From assembly GCA_040437565.1 (NCBI GenBank), contig JBDOQK010000053.1:1-64000 (forward strand): DNA of 64,000 nt. The letters are read 5' to 3'. Below, piece after piece: positions 33,968-46,111 of the stretch. Within the stretch, counting starts at the first letter, position 1; every line of letters starts with the position of its first letter. This DNA comes from Albugo candida (lineage: Eukaryota). The notes beneath the pieces were generated by a model. That model did not search any database, had not been told where the DNA came from, and saw only the letters and a list, made by a program, of their open reading frames with translations. Made by a program: the position numbers and the translations under genes.

Positions 33968-36900
33968 ATGACACTGCCTGTTGGGGTTTTCGTTCGGTGG
34001 CCTAAAAGCTTTGCATCGGATGCACAGAATAAAAATGAGTGTCAACATAGGCTAAATTCTCCATTTCACACCAATTTCACGAATCCGAATGCAAAGCTTA
34101 CGTACTGTGCACTTCAGGAGATGACTTACCTTTCCGCTGTCAAACAATTGCACTCAAAAGTGCATCGCGTATTGACAGAGGCCAATACTTTGTCATTAAA
34201 TCGTGTTTTGGGCTATTTGAATGCGTATCAAGTAGCTATACTTAACTCTCAGGTGTTTGACTCAGGTTTGTATCCAGTAGCGGTACTGGAGACCGGAATT
34301 ACAAACACATTCGACCACTCGTGGATCCACGCTTTGACTCAGAAACTGATTTTGGATGCGTTTCAGCCCGTGATCGTACTTTACGAACAGGATATCGCCA
34401 CACTAGCAACAGCTCGCAGTCTTTTTGAGTGGCTACTTCTTCAATTCCAATTGGATCATTATGCCGCAGAACGAGAGATTGTGTGGATCCGTCAGCAATG
34501 TGAGCATCAAAACATTACGCTGCCCGAGTTTTTGTGGTCAGAAGAGTGGGTTTCGTACAATTGCGATTTTGGAAAACGCGAATTTGGAAACAAAAATCGA
34601 AAACCGAGTGTGGGTATCACATTGGACGCTAATGGTAAGGAAAGCGAAGCTATCTTTAGAAAATATGTTTGTGAACGAACGGCTCAATCGCTGAAAAAAG
34701 AAGCCGAAGTGTACCAAAACTGGTTGCGAGACCGTACCATGACCGAGCTGTTAGAGATATTTCATCGAGAAATCTCTTCTCGCGTCGTCACAAGCAAAAG
34801 TGTGTTAAAGGACCGATATCCCGCAATGTATATTCGTAAAAAGCTGTGGAAGCGGTTTTCGCGGTGTATCATGTCACGAATTGAGGCAGATATCGAGTTT
34901 TGTGACTCAGATACTGAGACATTGATTTTGACGTTCTCAGAATGGATCGTGCGGCTTCAGCAATGGCTTAAGGCGAATGAAAATGAGTCCCTAGTGTATA
35001 GGAGCGGAATCAAAACACGATCGATTGCTTTCCAGCTCGCCTTCAGTTTGTACTCCATCCTGCAGCGATATAAAAAAATGCTACAAACAGCTACGAAAGC
35101 CTACCAAACCTCTGATTGTTTGAAGCCGCTACGAGAATTAGACCAAACACGACGACTTCTATCGGATTTGGATGAGAAATTGCACACTTTTGAACTTCGA
35201 TACGGATTTTCACCCATTTCAGACCCGGTGATTGACTCTGAAAAATCACCACAGCTACTTGTATTTGTATTCGAGCAAGCACAAGCGATACACAATCGCG
35301 TTTTCGATGATTTCGTGCTGATTTGGAATGATTTTGAAGATCATACGATCGTATCAACAGCGCGATTTGGCTTTGTTTTGGGCGTATCGAGCGCTACAGT
35401 GTCCAATACTCAGCAACCATCGGGTCCACATCTTCCTTTAGGGCTACAAAGCTTAAGTCTGGATCTTATCACGCATTTGGAACCTGAAGTATTCAGCTTA
35501 CAAAACTTTTCAGACTTCTTTGATCGTGTTGTTGAAGAATTATTTGTGGAAATGGCGCTACCGGTTCGCATCTCAGGTTCTGTCTTACAATCACTCTGTC
35601 TCCAAGTCAGCAGAGGAATGATCTATACAATGCACCAACTCGTCCAGCGGATCCAGCTCTTACTTTATTTTCATTATCAGCATGCACCGTGTAGTTTTCT
35701 GGGCCATTTTCAGGTGAAAAATCATTGGCATCATCCGCTCCACACGTTTCACGCTTCTGTGCACTCATCAGAAGCCTTGCATCATGCCGCAACATGTGAG
35801 AAGGACAAGTGGGCTCACGTCCAAGAAGCGTATGACCTGGCAAGCTATCGTCGACGAGAGGAAGACTCTATCGATGAAAACACTCTATTCGAAAATCTGA
35901 TGCATTCTATTTGGAACTTATTCGATCGAAATGAAAGNNNNNNNNNNNNNNNNNNNNNNNNNNNNNNNNNNNNNNNNNNNNNNNNNNNNNNNNNNNNNNN
36001 NNNNNNNNNNNNNNNNNNNNNNNNNNNNNNNNNNNNNCATCGGGTCCACATCTTCCTTTAGGGCTACAAAGCTTAAGTCTGGATCTTATCACGCATTTGG
36101 AACCTGAAGTATTCAGCTTACAAAACTTTTCAGACTTCTTTGATCGTGTTGTTGAAGAATTATTTGTGGAAATGGCGCTACCGGTTCGCATCTCAGGTTC
36201 TGTCTTACAATCACTCTGTCTCCAAGTCAGCAGAGGAATGATCTATACAATGCACCAACTCGTCCAGCGGATCCAGCTCTTACTTTATTTTCATTATCAG
36301 CATGCACCGTGTAGTTTTCTGGGCCATTTTCAGGTGAAAAATCATTGGCATCATCCGCTCCACACGTTTCACGCTTCTGTGCACTCATCAGAAGCCTTGC
36401 ATCATGCCGCAACATGTGAGAAGGACAAGTGGGCTCACGTCCAAGAAGCGTATGACCTGGCAAGCTATCGTCGACGAGAGGAAGACTCTATCGATGAAAA
36501 CACTCTATTCGAAAATCTGATGCATTCTATTTGGAACTTATTCGATCGAAATGAAAGTCGCTTGATGCTGCAATCCTTACAAGATAATGATAAAGTTTCA
36601 GAGGATCAAGTGGTCGCTGAATTACAGGCGCTTCAAAATGCCCAGAACGCTTGGACGTGTGGCTGGAAATGCTTCCTTGCAGTTTGTTCGCATTTGGAAA
36701 TGAATCTGTCGAGAGATGAGCGATTTGCATGTCTTAAAGCAGCATTGGATGGCCAACTGTTCTTTACGGATGCAGCCGACTCATTTGAATTTGTGAGCTC
36801 TGGATCCTCCATTTGGAATACGACTCCGCTTCTTTCTCGTCTGTGTCGCACATTCCAACAAGTTTCGTATAAAACTCTGACCCATCTTTTGGGTGACTGG

Positions 36901-37575
36901 AAAGCGCTATTTAAGACACACAATATAACAATTAATACGTCGGTGGAAGAAGCATATCATTTATGTAATTATATGGCGGATCTATTGGAAAACAAGACAA
37001 ACGCTCCACCTCGTGCAGAAGTGCGAACGACAGCAAAGACAATGGATTATCATGTGCGTATGGAAGTGCTCACATTACTTCGTGAAAATATATTAGACAA
37101 ACTGCTAGTTGAGTCGACATCTCGTCAGAGAATTAATGTGATGTGGCGATCGAGCGCGTTGGCAGAGCCTCAATTGAAATTGATGCATCAGCACATCCGG
37201 ATGCGTCATTATGACGCCTTACACCAGATCTTCAGGTCCTCAACGACATCGAATCAACTCAGCTGGAAGACGGATGTTGCTACTGTGTACCAATTCTACG
37301 CGCAAAGTCCCACTATGCATCTTTGTATTGACGACTGGTACCAGTTCTTTGTGGAATCGCTGGTCAAAATGGAAGAAACGACTTTTACAAAATATAAAAG
37401 TGATCGGGAACTGTACACTATAGCTTGTGAGTGGCCTTGCACACTTCAACAGGAGTATGCAGCACGATTTTTCCGTGTGCTTTGCATCTTTCGGCATTTG
37501 GGGCTATTGAAGCAAAAGGATGAACCATTCGGCGGTAGGCAAGAGCAATTTGTGGAGAAAATGGTTTTTTTGTGA
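33968..37575 (+). CDS. ORC3: Origin recognition complex subunit 3 (~995 aa after removing the assembly duplicate 36038-36557 and the gap)
   Basis: YPVAVLETGITNTFDH, LVFVFEQAQAIHNRVFDDFV...FVLGVSS, and a C-terminal winged helix DVATVY...DDWYQFF...ARFFR...HLGLLK. Collapsing 35418-35937/36038-36557 gives one continuous frame. Confidence 0.7.
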
Positions 37576-37620
37576 TATAAAGTACTACAAAACGTCTCTA
37601 TCTTGATTGGCGTAGTTGCG

Positions 37621-37899
37621 TCAGTCTTCTCCGCGTTCAATCGCTACGGAAACGTCGTATGAGTGATACTTAGTGAAGATGGTAGATACATAACGATACG
37701 TACCTCCAGTGTTATAATGCAGCAATTTCTCAATTAGGTCAACATGTGTTAGCATCATTCGCCGACAGCAATATCGTTTAAGTGCAAGTTCATCCAATGC
37801 ATCTCGTTCTGTGTAGTCTGCTCGTAGAAGTCCAAGATACGTTTCCCACTTATTGGCTAGAACTTTTCCACAAGTAAAACATCGCACAGGAATGATCAT
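37621..37899 (-). CDS. RPB10: RNA polymerase I/II/III subunit RPB10 (intron 37644-37703)
   Basis: [13 protein letters not shown]...[20 protein letters not shown]. Confidence 0.95.
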   Translation of the reverse strand: MIIPVRCFTCGKVLANKWETYLGLLRADYTERDALDELALKRYCCRRMMLTHVDLIEKLLHYNTGGTYRYVSTIFTKYHSYDVSVAIERGED

Positions 37900-38371
37900 T
37901 GCGAATGGAACGTATCGATGACTGGAGAAATCTGACTGACGATATAATTGGCTGAAAATACAATGGTATTTGGCCAATAATACCCGATAAGAGAAGGCCT
38001 CATAGGCTGCGCATCCTCGAATCGATGACCGCCCAAATGCGTCGTCCTGTCATATCCTTCCAGGTCACTTAGCATCCGGAAATGGGGCTACATGATCCTA
38101 GATAAAACGTTAAGAATACAACACGAACATTCTCTCTTTATTTTGGACAATTGTAAACCTACATTTTCGTCATTTATCCTACTTTACATAATCTAGGTGC
38201 CACNNNNNNNNNNNNNNNNNNNNNNNNNNNNNNNNNNNNNNNNNNNNNNNNNNNNNNNNNNNNNNNNNNNNNNNNNNNNNNNNNNNNNNNNNNNNNNNNN
38301 NNNTATCCTACTTTACATAATCTAGGTGCCACACACTATTAACGGTGAGAACACACTTAAAGGATCCGAAA

Positions 38372-39427
38372 ATGCTTCGATTTCCGCAAAGCGTTTATAT
38401 AAAAGCACGAGCGATGTTTCCTTCCACATACAAAACACAGCGCCGCAGTCTAAAAATCGTCAATAACATGACAGAGCTGATCGGAAAAACCCCATTGGTG
38501 CGCTTGAATCGCGTCACAAACAGTGTAAACGCGCATATTATCGCCAAGTGTGAGTTCTTGGAACCATGCTCGAGTGTCAAAGATCGGATCGGTATCAGCA
38601 TGATCGAAATGGCAGAGAAAGAAGGAATATTGAAAAGTGACACACTTATTGTTGAGCCGACTAGCGGAAATACCGGTATTGGTCTCGCGTTTGTGGCAGC
38701 CGCTCGAGGATACAAATTACTGCTTGTGATGCCGGATTCCATGTCGATGGAACGTCGGATCCTTTTGAAAGCATTCGGTTGTGACGTTATACTGACACCA
38801 GGATTGAAAGGAATGACGGGTGCGGTCATGAAAGCCAATGAGATCGTGAAGAAAACACCCAATGCGATCACACTGCAACAATTCGAGAATGAAGCTAATC
38901 CCAAGATCCATTTTGAAACAACTGGCCCCGAAATATGGAATGATACAGATGGCCAAATAGATGTTCTTGTGAGTGGAGTTGGTACTGGTGGCACGATAAC
39001 CGGAGTCGCCAAATACCTCAAATCCAAAAAGCCCGATGTGCATATCGTCGCTGTGGAACCAGAAGAGAGTCCAGTGCTATCCGGAGGGAATCCTGGACCA
39101 CACAAGATTCAAGGAATTGGTGCTGGATTCATACCCAAAATCCTCGATAGAAGTCTCATTGATCAAGTCATGACATCCAACATCGAAGAATCTTTTGCAA
39201 TGTCGAAACGCTTGGCACTTGAAGAAGGTATGCTTGTAGGTCCTTCTTCCGGCGCTGCTGTTTGTGCTGCTCTCAAGCTTGGACGACAAGCTCAGTTTGC
39301 AGGTAAGATGATTGTCGTGGTCATTCCGAGTTTTGGCGAGCGCTATTTATCGTCTCCGCTATTTGATGAAGAAAGAGAGGCAGCAGCCACCATGCCGACT
39401 GAAGCGCTTTCAGACATCGAGCATTGA
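38372..39427 (+). CDS. cysK: Cysteine synthase A / O-acetylserine(thiol)lyase with a transit-peptide-like N-terminus
   Basis: SSVKDRIG (PLP lysine), [26 protein letters not shown] and PSFGERYLS. Confidence 0.95.
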   Translation: MLRFPQSVYIKARAMFPSTYKTQRRSLKIVNNMTELIGKTPLVRLNRVTNSVNAHIIAKCEFLEPCSSVKDRIGISMIEMAEKEGILKSDTLIVEPTSGNTGIGLAFVAAARGYKLLLVMPDSMSMERRILLKAFGCDVILTPGLKGMTGAVMKANEIVKKTPNAITLQQFENEANPKIHFETTGPEIWNDTDGQIDVLVSGVGTGGTITGVAKYLKSKKPDVHIVAVEPEESPVLSGGNPGPHKIQGIGAGFIPKILDRSLIDQVMTSNIEESFAMSKRLALEEGMLVGPSSGAAVCAALKLGRQAQFAGKMIVVVIPSFGERYLSSPLFDEEREAAATMPTEALSDIEH

Positions 39428-39491
39428 CTGAATTGGAAAGTGTTGTGAACCGATAGATGACGTAAACATAATACTTTACTCATGTGATTGT

Positions 39492-39929
39492 TTAATTTCG
39501 TTCTGATATGCACATTGCGTTCGGGTTATTTTGCTGATCCTGAGTGCGTAATTGCTGAAATTTGCGTAACTGACGTAAAAAATGAAATTCGCGAAGTAGT
39601 GCGTTGATTTCAATGTAACGATGTTGGTCTGAATTGAATGCGGTCGCACGTTTGCATAGATCCGAAAGAGAGGTATCAAGACGTAACTTTTTAAGCTCCT
39701 TCCCGATATTTTCCTGAATGATTGCTTCTTCATTCGAATACTGGTCTCTGTGAATGATGGTTGATGTCATGATGTCTTCCATCTGATCGGAAAAGTCATC
39801 GTTGGAGACGTACGTAGGTATACTCCGCGGAGATGAAGTTGAAGAAGAACTGCGTAGCGTGGTGGAATTGGGAGACGAGAATGCGGGTGTTCGAGCACGT
39901 TTCTTTCCAGAGAGATCGCACGATTCCAT
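39492..39929 (-). CDS. Hypothetical protein (145 aa)
   Basis: ATG-started ORF filling the space between cysK and uS9m; ends in YIEINALLREFHFLR. Confidence 0.55.
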   Translation of the reverse strand: MESCDLSGKKRARTPAFSSPNSTTLRSSSSTSSPRSIPTYVSNDDFSDQMEDIMTSTIIHRDQYSNEEAIIQENIGKELKKLRLDTSLSDLCKRATAFNSDQHRYIEINALLREFHFLRQLRKFQQLRTQDQQNNPNAMCISERN

Positions 39930-40033
39930 TGCGCGTCCAAGATTCTGCGTCGAATTTAAGCCAATGTACGTTTTAGTATGGACACTTCGGGATCAGCATA
40001 CTGCGATTGGCTTATATTATCTTCTGGACACAA

Positions 40034-40939
40034 ATGCGCTGCATCCGTCCGAATTTGCTACTTTCCAGAAGAGGAGCCATTGCGCCACGACCTGTGGTAT
40101 CACAAAGCTATGTCAGTGCTCAAAAGTCATTTTCCGCTATGCATCTGATGCCTTTCTTGGGCTCAATACGCTGTGTACTCGGCAAAACATACGCAACACA
40201 CTCCAGGAAACCTCTTGATTTCGGCACGAGTATGGATGATGGCGAGGACAGAAGCGGAAAGAAAACAAAGCGAAACCGTGCCTCTCGAAAAAATCGCGTC
40301 AATGATTCGGACTCCTCAGACTCAGATTCAGACTCAAATGATGATTTATCTGATTCGAAAGATTGGTTTGGTTTTGACGGCGACTTTGATGCGATAACAA
40401 AAGACGGGACACCGACGTGGCTTGCATCCTATCGTCATATGCTTGATGATCATCTGAACGAAGAAGAAGAAGGGAAAGTAGACTGCGAAAAGAGCACAAC
40501 TGTGGAGCCCAAAATCATTCGAACGCGCCAAGTGGACGATTTGGGTCGAGCATACGGTACTGGTCGACGTAAGACAAGCACGGCACGTGTGTGGATCAAG
40601 AAATCAAGCACTCCTTTTCGAGGCATCGTTCGAGTCAATAAGAAGGACGTTGTTGATTACTTTGTTCGCGACTCTAACCGTGAGCACGTTCTGAGCCCTT
40701 TTGTTGCAGTCGAACAAGTAGGGCATTTTGATGTCATGTGTAATGTTCGTGGCGGAGGATTGTCAGGTCAGGCTGGAGCGATACGTCATGGAATTAGTCG
40801 AGCATTGCAGAATTTTGATCCGAGCTATCGCCCGTTACTGAAAGAGGAAGGCTACCTGACTCGTGATCCAAGAATGGTCGAAAGAAAAAAGCCAGGACAG
40901 CCTAAAGCCAGAAAGAAATATCAATGGGTCAAAAGATAG
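40034..40939 (+). CDS. MRPS9: Mitochondrial ribosomal protein uS9m
   Basis: AYGTGRRKTSTARV, VRGGGLSGQAGAIRHGI, LTRDPRMVERKKPG..KARKKYQWVKR; Arg-rich presequence. Confidence 0.93.
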   Translation: MRCIRPNLLLSRRGAIAPRPVVSQSYVSAQKSFSAMHLMPFLGSIRCVLGKTYATHSRKPLDFGTSMDDGEDRSGKKTKRNRASRKNRVNDSDSSDSDSDSNDDLSDSKDWFGFDGDFDAITKDGTPTWLASYRHMLDDHLNEEEEGKVDCEKSTTVEPKIIRTRQVDDLGRAYGTGRRKTSTARVWIKKSSTPFRGIVRVNKKDVVDYFVRDSNREHVLSPFVAVEQVGHFDVMCNVRGGGLSGQAGAIRHGISRALQNFDPSYRPLLKEEGYLTRDPRMVERKKPGQPKARKKYQWVKR

Positions 40940-40987
40940 AGATACAGGTACAGATGATGGACAACGGCATCAGGATTTGCAACTTGT

Positions 40988-41336
40988 TGGATTGATAAGA
41001 CAGTTATCTTCTTATTCGACTGCGGTTTGCATTGTGCCAGCTTCATCTACGGCCGAAATTTGACTAGGACGAATAAGAAGAAAAATACAATTAGATGGCA
41101 CGGTGTCAAGCAGTGTGGACCACGTACATCCACTTTTTATCGAGTGTTTCTTTCCATAAAGTGACTTTGTGATCACCTGACGATACTGCCAACACATTTC
41201 CTGTGACCGACCAGCTGACCCGCCAGACGGCCGCGTCGAACGAATGCAGCAATTCTCTTTTCCAGCTTGCATTAGCGTCTGTCTGTGTCCAAATATACAC
41301 GGTCTTGTCTTCCGAGCAGCTAGCGATCAGATTGAC
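40988..41336 (-). other. Assembly duplicate of the SEC13 3' end (41437-41785)
   Basis: Identical sequence on both sides of a 100-N gap. Confidence 0.9.
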
Positions 41337-41460
41337 NNNNNNNNNNNNNNNNNNNNNNNNNNNNNNNNNNNNNNNNNNNNNNNNNNNNNNNNNNNNNNNN
41401 NNNNNNNNNNNNNNNNNNNNNNNNNNNNNNNNNNNNTGGATTGATAAGACAGTTATCTTC

Positions 41461-42619
41461 TTATTCGACTGCGGTTTGCATTGTGCCAGCTTCATCTACG
41501 GCCGAAATTTGACTAGGACGAATAAGAAGAAAAATACAATTAGATGGCACGGTGTCAAGCAGTGTGGACCACGTACATCCACTTTTTATCGAGTGTTTCT
41601 TTCCATAAAGTGACTTTGTGATCACCTGACGATACTGCCAACACATTTCCTGTGACCGACCAGCTGACCCGCCAGACGGCCGCGTCGAACGAATGCAGCA
41701 ATTCTCTTTTCCAGCTTGCATTAGCGTCTGTCTGTGTCCAAATATACACGGTCTTGTCTTCCGAGCAGCTAGCGATCAGATTGACCGGAGCACCTGTGCT
41801 CGGTGCCCACGCCACATCTCGAACCCAATCTGAATGAACCGCTGCTAGATCCTCCTTTTTCCACTCCGTCTCTCCGTCAATAAGACTCCATATCTTGACG
41901 GTTTTATCGCAAGACCCTGTCACCAATCTACGAACACTTCTTCCAGTCTCTTGGTGAGTACTTCCCACCGAGTGAAAGGGAGCCCAACTCAGCGCATTGC
42001 AGCCCAAAGATCCGTCTTTAAATGAGCTCACTGCCCATACTTCAGCTAAATTGATCACGTTCAGCATGCATCCGGGTAAGTCAACAGTACCGTACCCGTG
42101 TAAGAGAGGATGGAGATGGTACCATCGGCCGAGGCACAAGCCAGTACCAGCCCATACTCGTGCGGTGCCCATGCGATTGCATTGACGGAAGAGTGATGGA
42201 AGGAAGACACGTAAATTTGCACCCATTGATTCAAGCTTTGCTCACGGAACAAAATAACTTTCCCATCGTACGCGCATGACGCCAAAAGCGCACCAAATTT
42301 CGGATGCGCCCAAGCAACTTGCCACACGGGACTCTGGTGCCTGGACGGATGGTAGTCAGTGGGAAGAACTAGTAATACGCAGAGTACTGTACCCTGCGAG
42401 AATTTGTTCATTGTGTTGGACCTGGCCCGTGACGTCATAAATTTTGATGGTACGATCCGAAGAGCAGGTCGCAAGACGCTTGCCGTAGTAGTCAAGTTGT
42501 GCGTCATGCTAGGTAATTGATGTGAGATGACTTTAAACAGAGAAAAATAAAAGTATTTTGATGAGTACAATCATATCTTCATGTTGGGTGTCAATCGAGA
42601 GCACCGGTGGGGCGGTCAT
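41461..42619 (-). CDS. SEC13: COPII/nucleoporin WD40 protein SEC13 (multi-exon)
   Basis: [60 protein letters not shown] and [18 protein letters not shown]. Confidence 0.93.
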
Positions 42620-43383
42620 GCTTTGGTACGATAGAGTGTGATCAGATTGGACATAATTCTTTGAAAGCGTTGATAAAAGTGATTGGGTATTAAAAGACTT
42701 AAATGGACATCTATTGGTTGATTTCCGGTGTGAATGGCTACTTAGGCCACTGTACGTCTCTAGTGGGATTAGATATAAGACTATGCTCGTAGCTTGTGCC
42801 CATGAGGCTCTACAGTCATTGAAGTTCTCTATCAATCGCACAAGCTCACTCCCGCTATGACCAAGTAGAGTAACAAAAAATAATAGTGCCTGGAGATCGA
42901 TTAGGACTCTTATTTTGGGGCTACTAAAGCAAGTGAAAGTGATCGGGACCGACTTTATGTAAAGAGAAATTTTTAAAGCGCATAATAACCCGCGATAAGA
43001 CGTCAGACATCCTCACGCCGGGAATGGACCATGTTGAGCAGCTGCAAGGATGGAAGCGTATCAGAGGCGTTATAGCGAGATTATTCCAAATTATCGCATT
43101 GGGTAGCCCATTATCCTTGGTGTCTCGTGTCATATCGGAGAATGTTATCTGAAATCTATAAAACACATCACAAAAATATGCAACAAAGTAAGCTCTCATT
43201 ATAGGGTCCGATTACGTAATTTATCACAAACGCTTTTCCCGCTACCATTCAACGTCCTGTTCAACTCGTCGTGTCCCAATGCCTTTATAAACGCTTTTCA
43301 ATCAATCACATGATCGAATCCATTGCGGTCGTTATTCTATCGTAACGTGACAATACGCTTCGTATCCGTGTCGAAGATTCACA

Positions 43384-44712
43384 ATGGAAGGGTACCGCAT
43401 GAAACAATATCGAGAAAGCACGAGAGGAGGCACTCGGAGCCCAGAATTACTGATTCCAATTCCGTGTGGCATCGAAGTTGGTGCTGTCATCGGCAAGAAA
43501 GGATCCGTACAGCGTAAATTGAAAGACGAATTCTTCGTCCATTCGACTGTAGATTGCCGAAGACGTATTGTTCGCGTCTCTGGTCAACGTGAGAATGTCA
43601 ATCTGGCCGCTAATGAGCTAGAGCAATTGTTCAAGTCGCTGCGTGTGAGCTCAAGGGGACACAATGTGTATTGGACAGCGTTTCAGGATGTGGCTCGATC
43701 GATGTGGTATATGGATCACTGTATACACGACTCCAATGACATTGACATGGATCAGTATCCGTATAGACTGAAAAAAATTCCCATGCGATATCGCTGTACT
43801 ACCAAACTGGCTCCAAATTCCAGTGAGCAAGTTGGAAATCACACGTGGATGCAATTTCACGATTTTGAAAATTTCGTCAAAGATGTCCCAGCGAGAACAT
43901 GCGAAGCGCTAGAAGGTTTTAGAGAACGTGCGATACATAAAGGTTTGGATCCGAACGATATGGAGGTAACGTATCGCATTAATATTGGTGGCGACAAGTA
44001 TGTTGGCTGGAAGGACAAACAGGAGCTAGTTTCAGAGCCAATTTGGTTTAAGGAGCTGAAGGAATTGTGGATAACGCGAAAGATTCGGGTATGTTACTCT
44101 AACGTCAATAAGCCCCCCGGTCTTCCGGTAATAGCATCAATAAAAGAAGATATCAAGAGGACTTCAATAGAGAGCGTGACAGTTTTGAAGGTGCGCATGT
44201 ACGATACAGAGGACAAGAGCGTTGCATGCACGTTGAAGTATCTTTGGGACGAAGAAGACATGTTTTGGCGGTATAGTGGAATCAAATCACCTGTGAGTTG
44301 GAGAACAGTGCATGATGTCTTACTGTCAAAGCCGTGCGATATTTGGCTCCGATTGCGCGTCATTCTTAAGTGCGGAACGAATTCAAAGACAGCTCATTGG
44401 TTAGATTCGGCTGCTAGTTTCGTGGAACTTAAGCCCGATGAAGACGAACCGAATCGCCCGTTTGGATTCACAGCGACGGAGACGGATCTCGCACCCAAGT
44501 CACTGCGAATCCGCAAGATTTCTTTTTACACACAAGAGACTGCTGCGTCTGACGATCTTCCACTGATTTGCAGATTAAGGAGCTTTGATGATGAGCATAT
44601 TGTGATACTTAATCCCCGTGCTGCGAAACAGCAGCCACTAGAAGAGCAGCTACCTTCTGCGATGTTATTAGCGAAAAGATGGATCGATATACACGATCGG
44701 AAAGTAATATAA
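43384..44712 (+). CDS. KH-domain protein with an unrecognised ~340-aa C-terminal region
   Basis: VGAVIGKKGSVQRKL...VRVSGQRENVNLA is a type-I KH domain with a GxxG loop; intronless 442-aa ORF. Confidence 0.75.
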   Translation: MEGYRMKQYRESTRGGTRSPELLIPIPCGIEVGAVIGKKGSVQRKLKDEFFVHSTVDCRRRIVRVSGQRENVNLAANELEQLFKSLRVSSRGHNVYWTAFQDVARSMWYMDHCIHDSNDIDMDQYPYRLKKIPMRYRCTTKLAPNSSEQVGNHTWMQFHDFENFVKDVPARTCEALEGFRERAIHKGLDPNDMEVTYRINIGGDKYVGWKDKQELVSEPIWFKELKELWITRKIRVCYSNVNKPPGLPVIASIKEDIKRTSIESVTVLKVRMYDTEDKSVACTLKYLWDEEDMFWRYSGIKSPVSWRTVHDVLLSKPCDIWLRLRVILKCGTNSKTAHWLDSAASFVELKPDEDEPNRPFGFTATETDLAPKSLRIRKISFYTQETAASDDLPLICRLRSFDDEHIVILNPRAAKQQPLEEQLPSAMLLAKRWIDIHDRKVI

Positions 44713-44812
44713 AAAGCCAAATGCTCAAAAGGGTTTTTAACGTAATTGAAGGAAGATAGCAGTTATCAGGTGTTTTCATTTCGTGTTAAGCTTCCATGGG
44801 GATCTGTTATCT

Positions 44813-45367
44813 CTAGGCACGGTATTCCCTGGATTTCTGCACACACATGGACACAAAAGAGGTTAGAATATTTGTTAACCTCTCGAGGCAGATGCTGGAG
44901 CTGATCGTGGAAGCAATAGAGGATTCAGCGAACTTTGCGGAGAACATGACACTCTGATTGCAACGGGTTCACCGATTTTCGGCTCCAGCATTGAATCATA
45001 AGTGGCTTACCTGCTGTACTACAACAGAAGGAAACTCCAAGTTCAAATGCGTGAGCATTTTTTGGGTCTCAACATCAACTTCAATAGTGTCTGTGTTGAT
45101 GGCGGAGACGTCCGGCACAAAGTCGAGACGTCGCTCACGCTCTTCTTCTTGCAATTTCAATGAGACACCACGCACTTGGCCTTTTTGAATGCGCTTCATC
45201 AAGTGAGTAATGTAACCTGCGATCTTGTTACGCATTCGTTTCGACGGAATGATTGCTACTTCATCACAAATGCGCTTGTTGGTATCAAAATCCAAAGTTA
45301 GACGCGAGTAATACTTCTCGATGATTTGAATTGCGGATCGCTTGACAGTCTTTGTTCTCACACCCAT
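44813..45367 (-). CDS. RPS17: 40S ribosomal protein eS17 (predicted intron 44837-45010, last exon KSREYRA*)
   Basis: [10 protein letters not shown]...[13 protein letters not shown]...[42 protein letters not shown] donor, CTAAC branch point and TGCAG acceptor. Confidence 0.93.
44892..44991. ncRNA. Candidate structured RNA (100-nt imperfect hairpin) inside the RPS17 intron
   Basis: ATGCTGGAGC/GCTCCAGCAT perfect 10 bp, plus inner stems GTGGA/TTCAC, GCAAT/ATTGC and AGAG/CTCT. Confidence 0.4.
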
Positions 45368-45550
45368 GTCTGCTTAAACTTTTTGATAAATGCGTCAAAT
45401 GACAATTCGCTTTGGCCAATGAATATTGCAGTTAAGATATCTGTTATTCAATAAAAGTAAACGGTAGGAGCGCTATACTAGGATCGTTATAATTTGTCCT
45501 TTTGGAAGCGTAAAGTAACCTAACTAGAGACATTGTACTTGATTAGAAGC

Positions 45551-46111
45551 TCAATCCTCTTCTTCCGAGCCTTCCACAGTCACCAGTTCATATTCAATTG
45601 CGGAAAAGTCGTTTTCCATCTTGATCTCTGTCGGCGGCTTTGGAGTTGATGCGACTCCGTCTGGATAAGGAGTGATTTTACCCCATCGGGTTACATTGAG
45701 ACGTAAATAACCATTATACACGTCGGCGTTGCAATTTCGAATGACAATATCACTGCCTTCTTTGAGACTGTCGATTTGCTCTATCATTGTACGTGATCAT
45801 AATGTGTCTCGACGAAAGCCAGACTTCGAACGAACGTACCGTTCCGTGCAGTGAGAGTAACGATACCAGTTTCATCGCCTACGACTGCTTCCGCCATTCG
45901 TGGTGCGTTGCCATCTTGCCGCTTTTTTGCCTCTAGTGGTGTAACGGACACTATTCGAAGTACTAAATTATGGCCATGGGTTCCGGGAGTCACATCCTCA
46001 ACCTTGACATCTATTTCGTTGGCGTCAGTTTCCAATTTGTAGTGAAACGCAGAGAACGAGGTACGTACAGCTAGCGGGACGTAGAGATTTCTTTTCACCT
46101 TCGCTTGTCAT
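45551..46111 (-). CDS. Small OB-fold nucleic-acid-binding protein (At4g28440-like), 3 exons
   Basis: KVEDVTPGTHGHNLVLRIV...AEAVVGDETGIVTLTARN|EQID...IRNCNADVYNGYLRLNVTRWGKI...SAIEYELV. Confidence 0.8.

Noticed and set aside
36097-37575. Separate 492-aa gene / tandem duplication in ORC3
   Set aside because: Collapsing the gap-flanking duplicate gives one continuous frame.
38395-39105. 236-aa antisense ORF over cysteine synthase
   Set aside because: Mirror frame of a conserved gene; no independent features.
44892-45005. TPP riboswitch, SECIS or C/D snoRNA interpretation of the RPS17 intron
   Set aside because: No TPP core (CUGAGA...CUGAU...UAAU...GCG.AGG). Neither neighbouring gene has an in-frame UGA. 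The C box is only AUGAUU and the long hairpin does not fit typical C/D spacing, so it is left as an unclassified structure.
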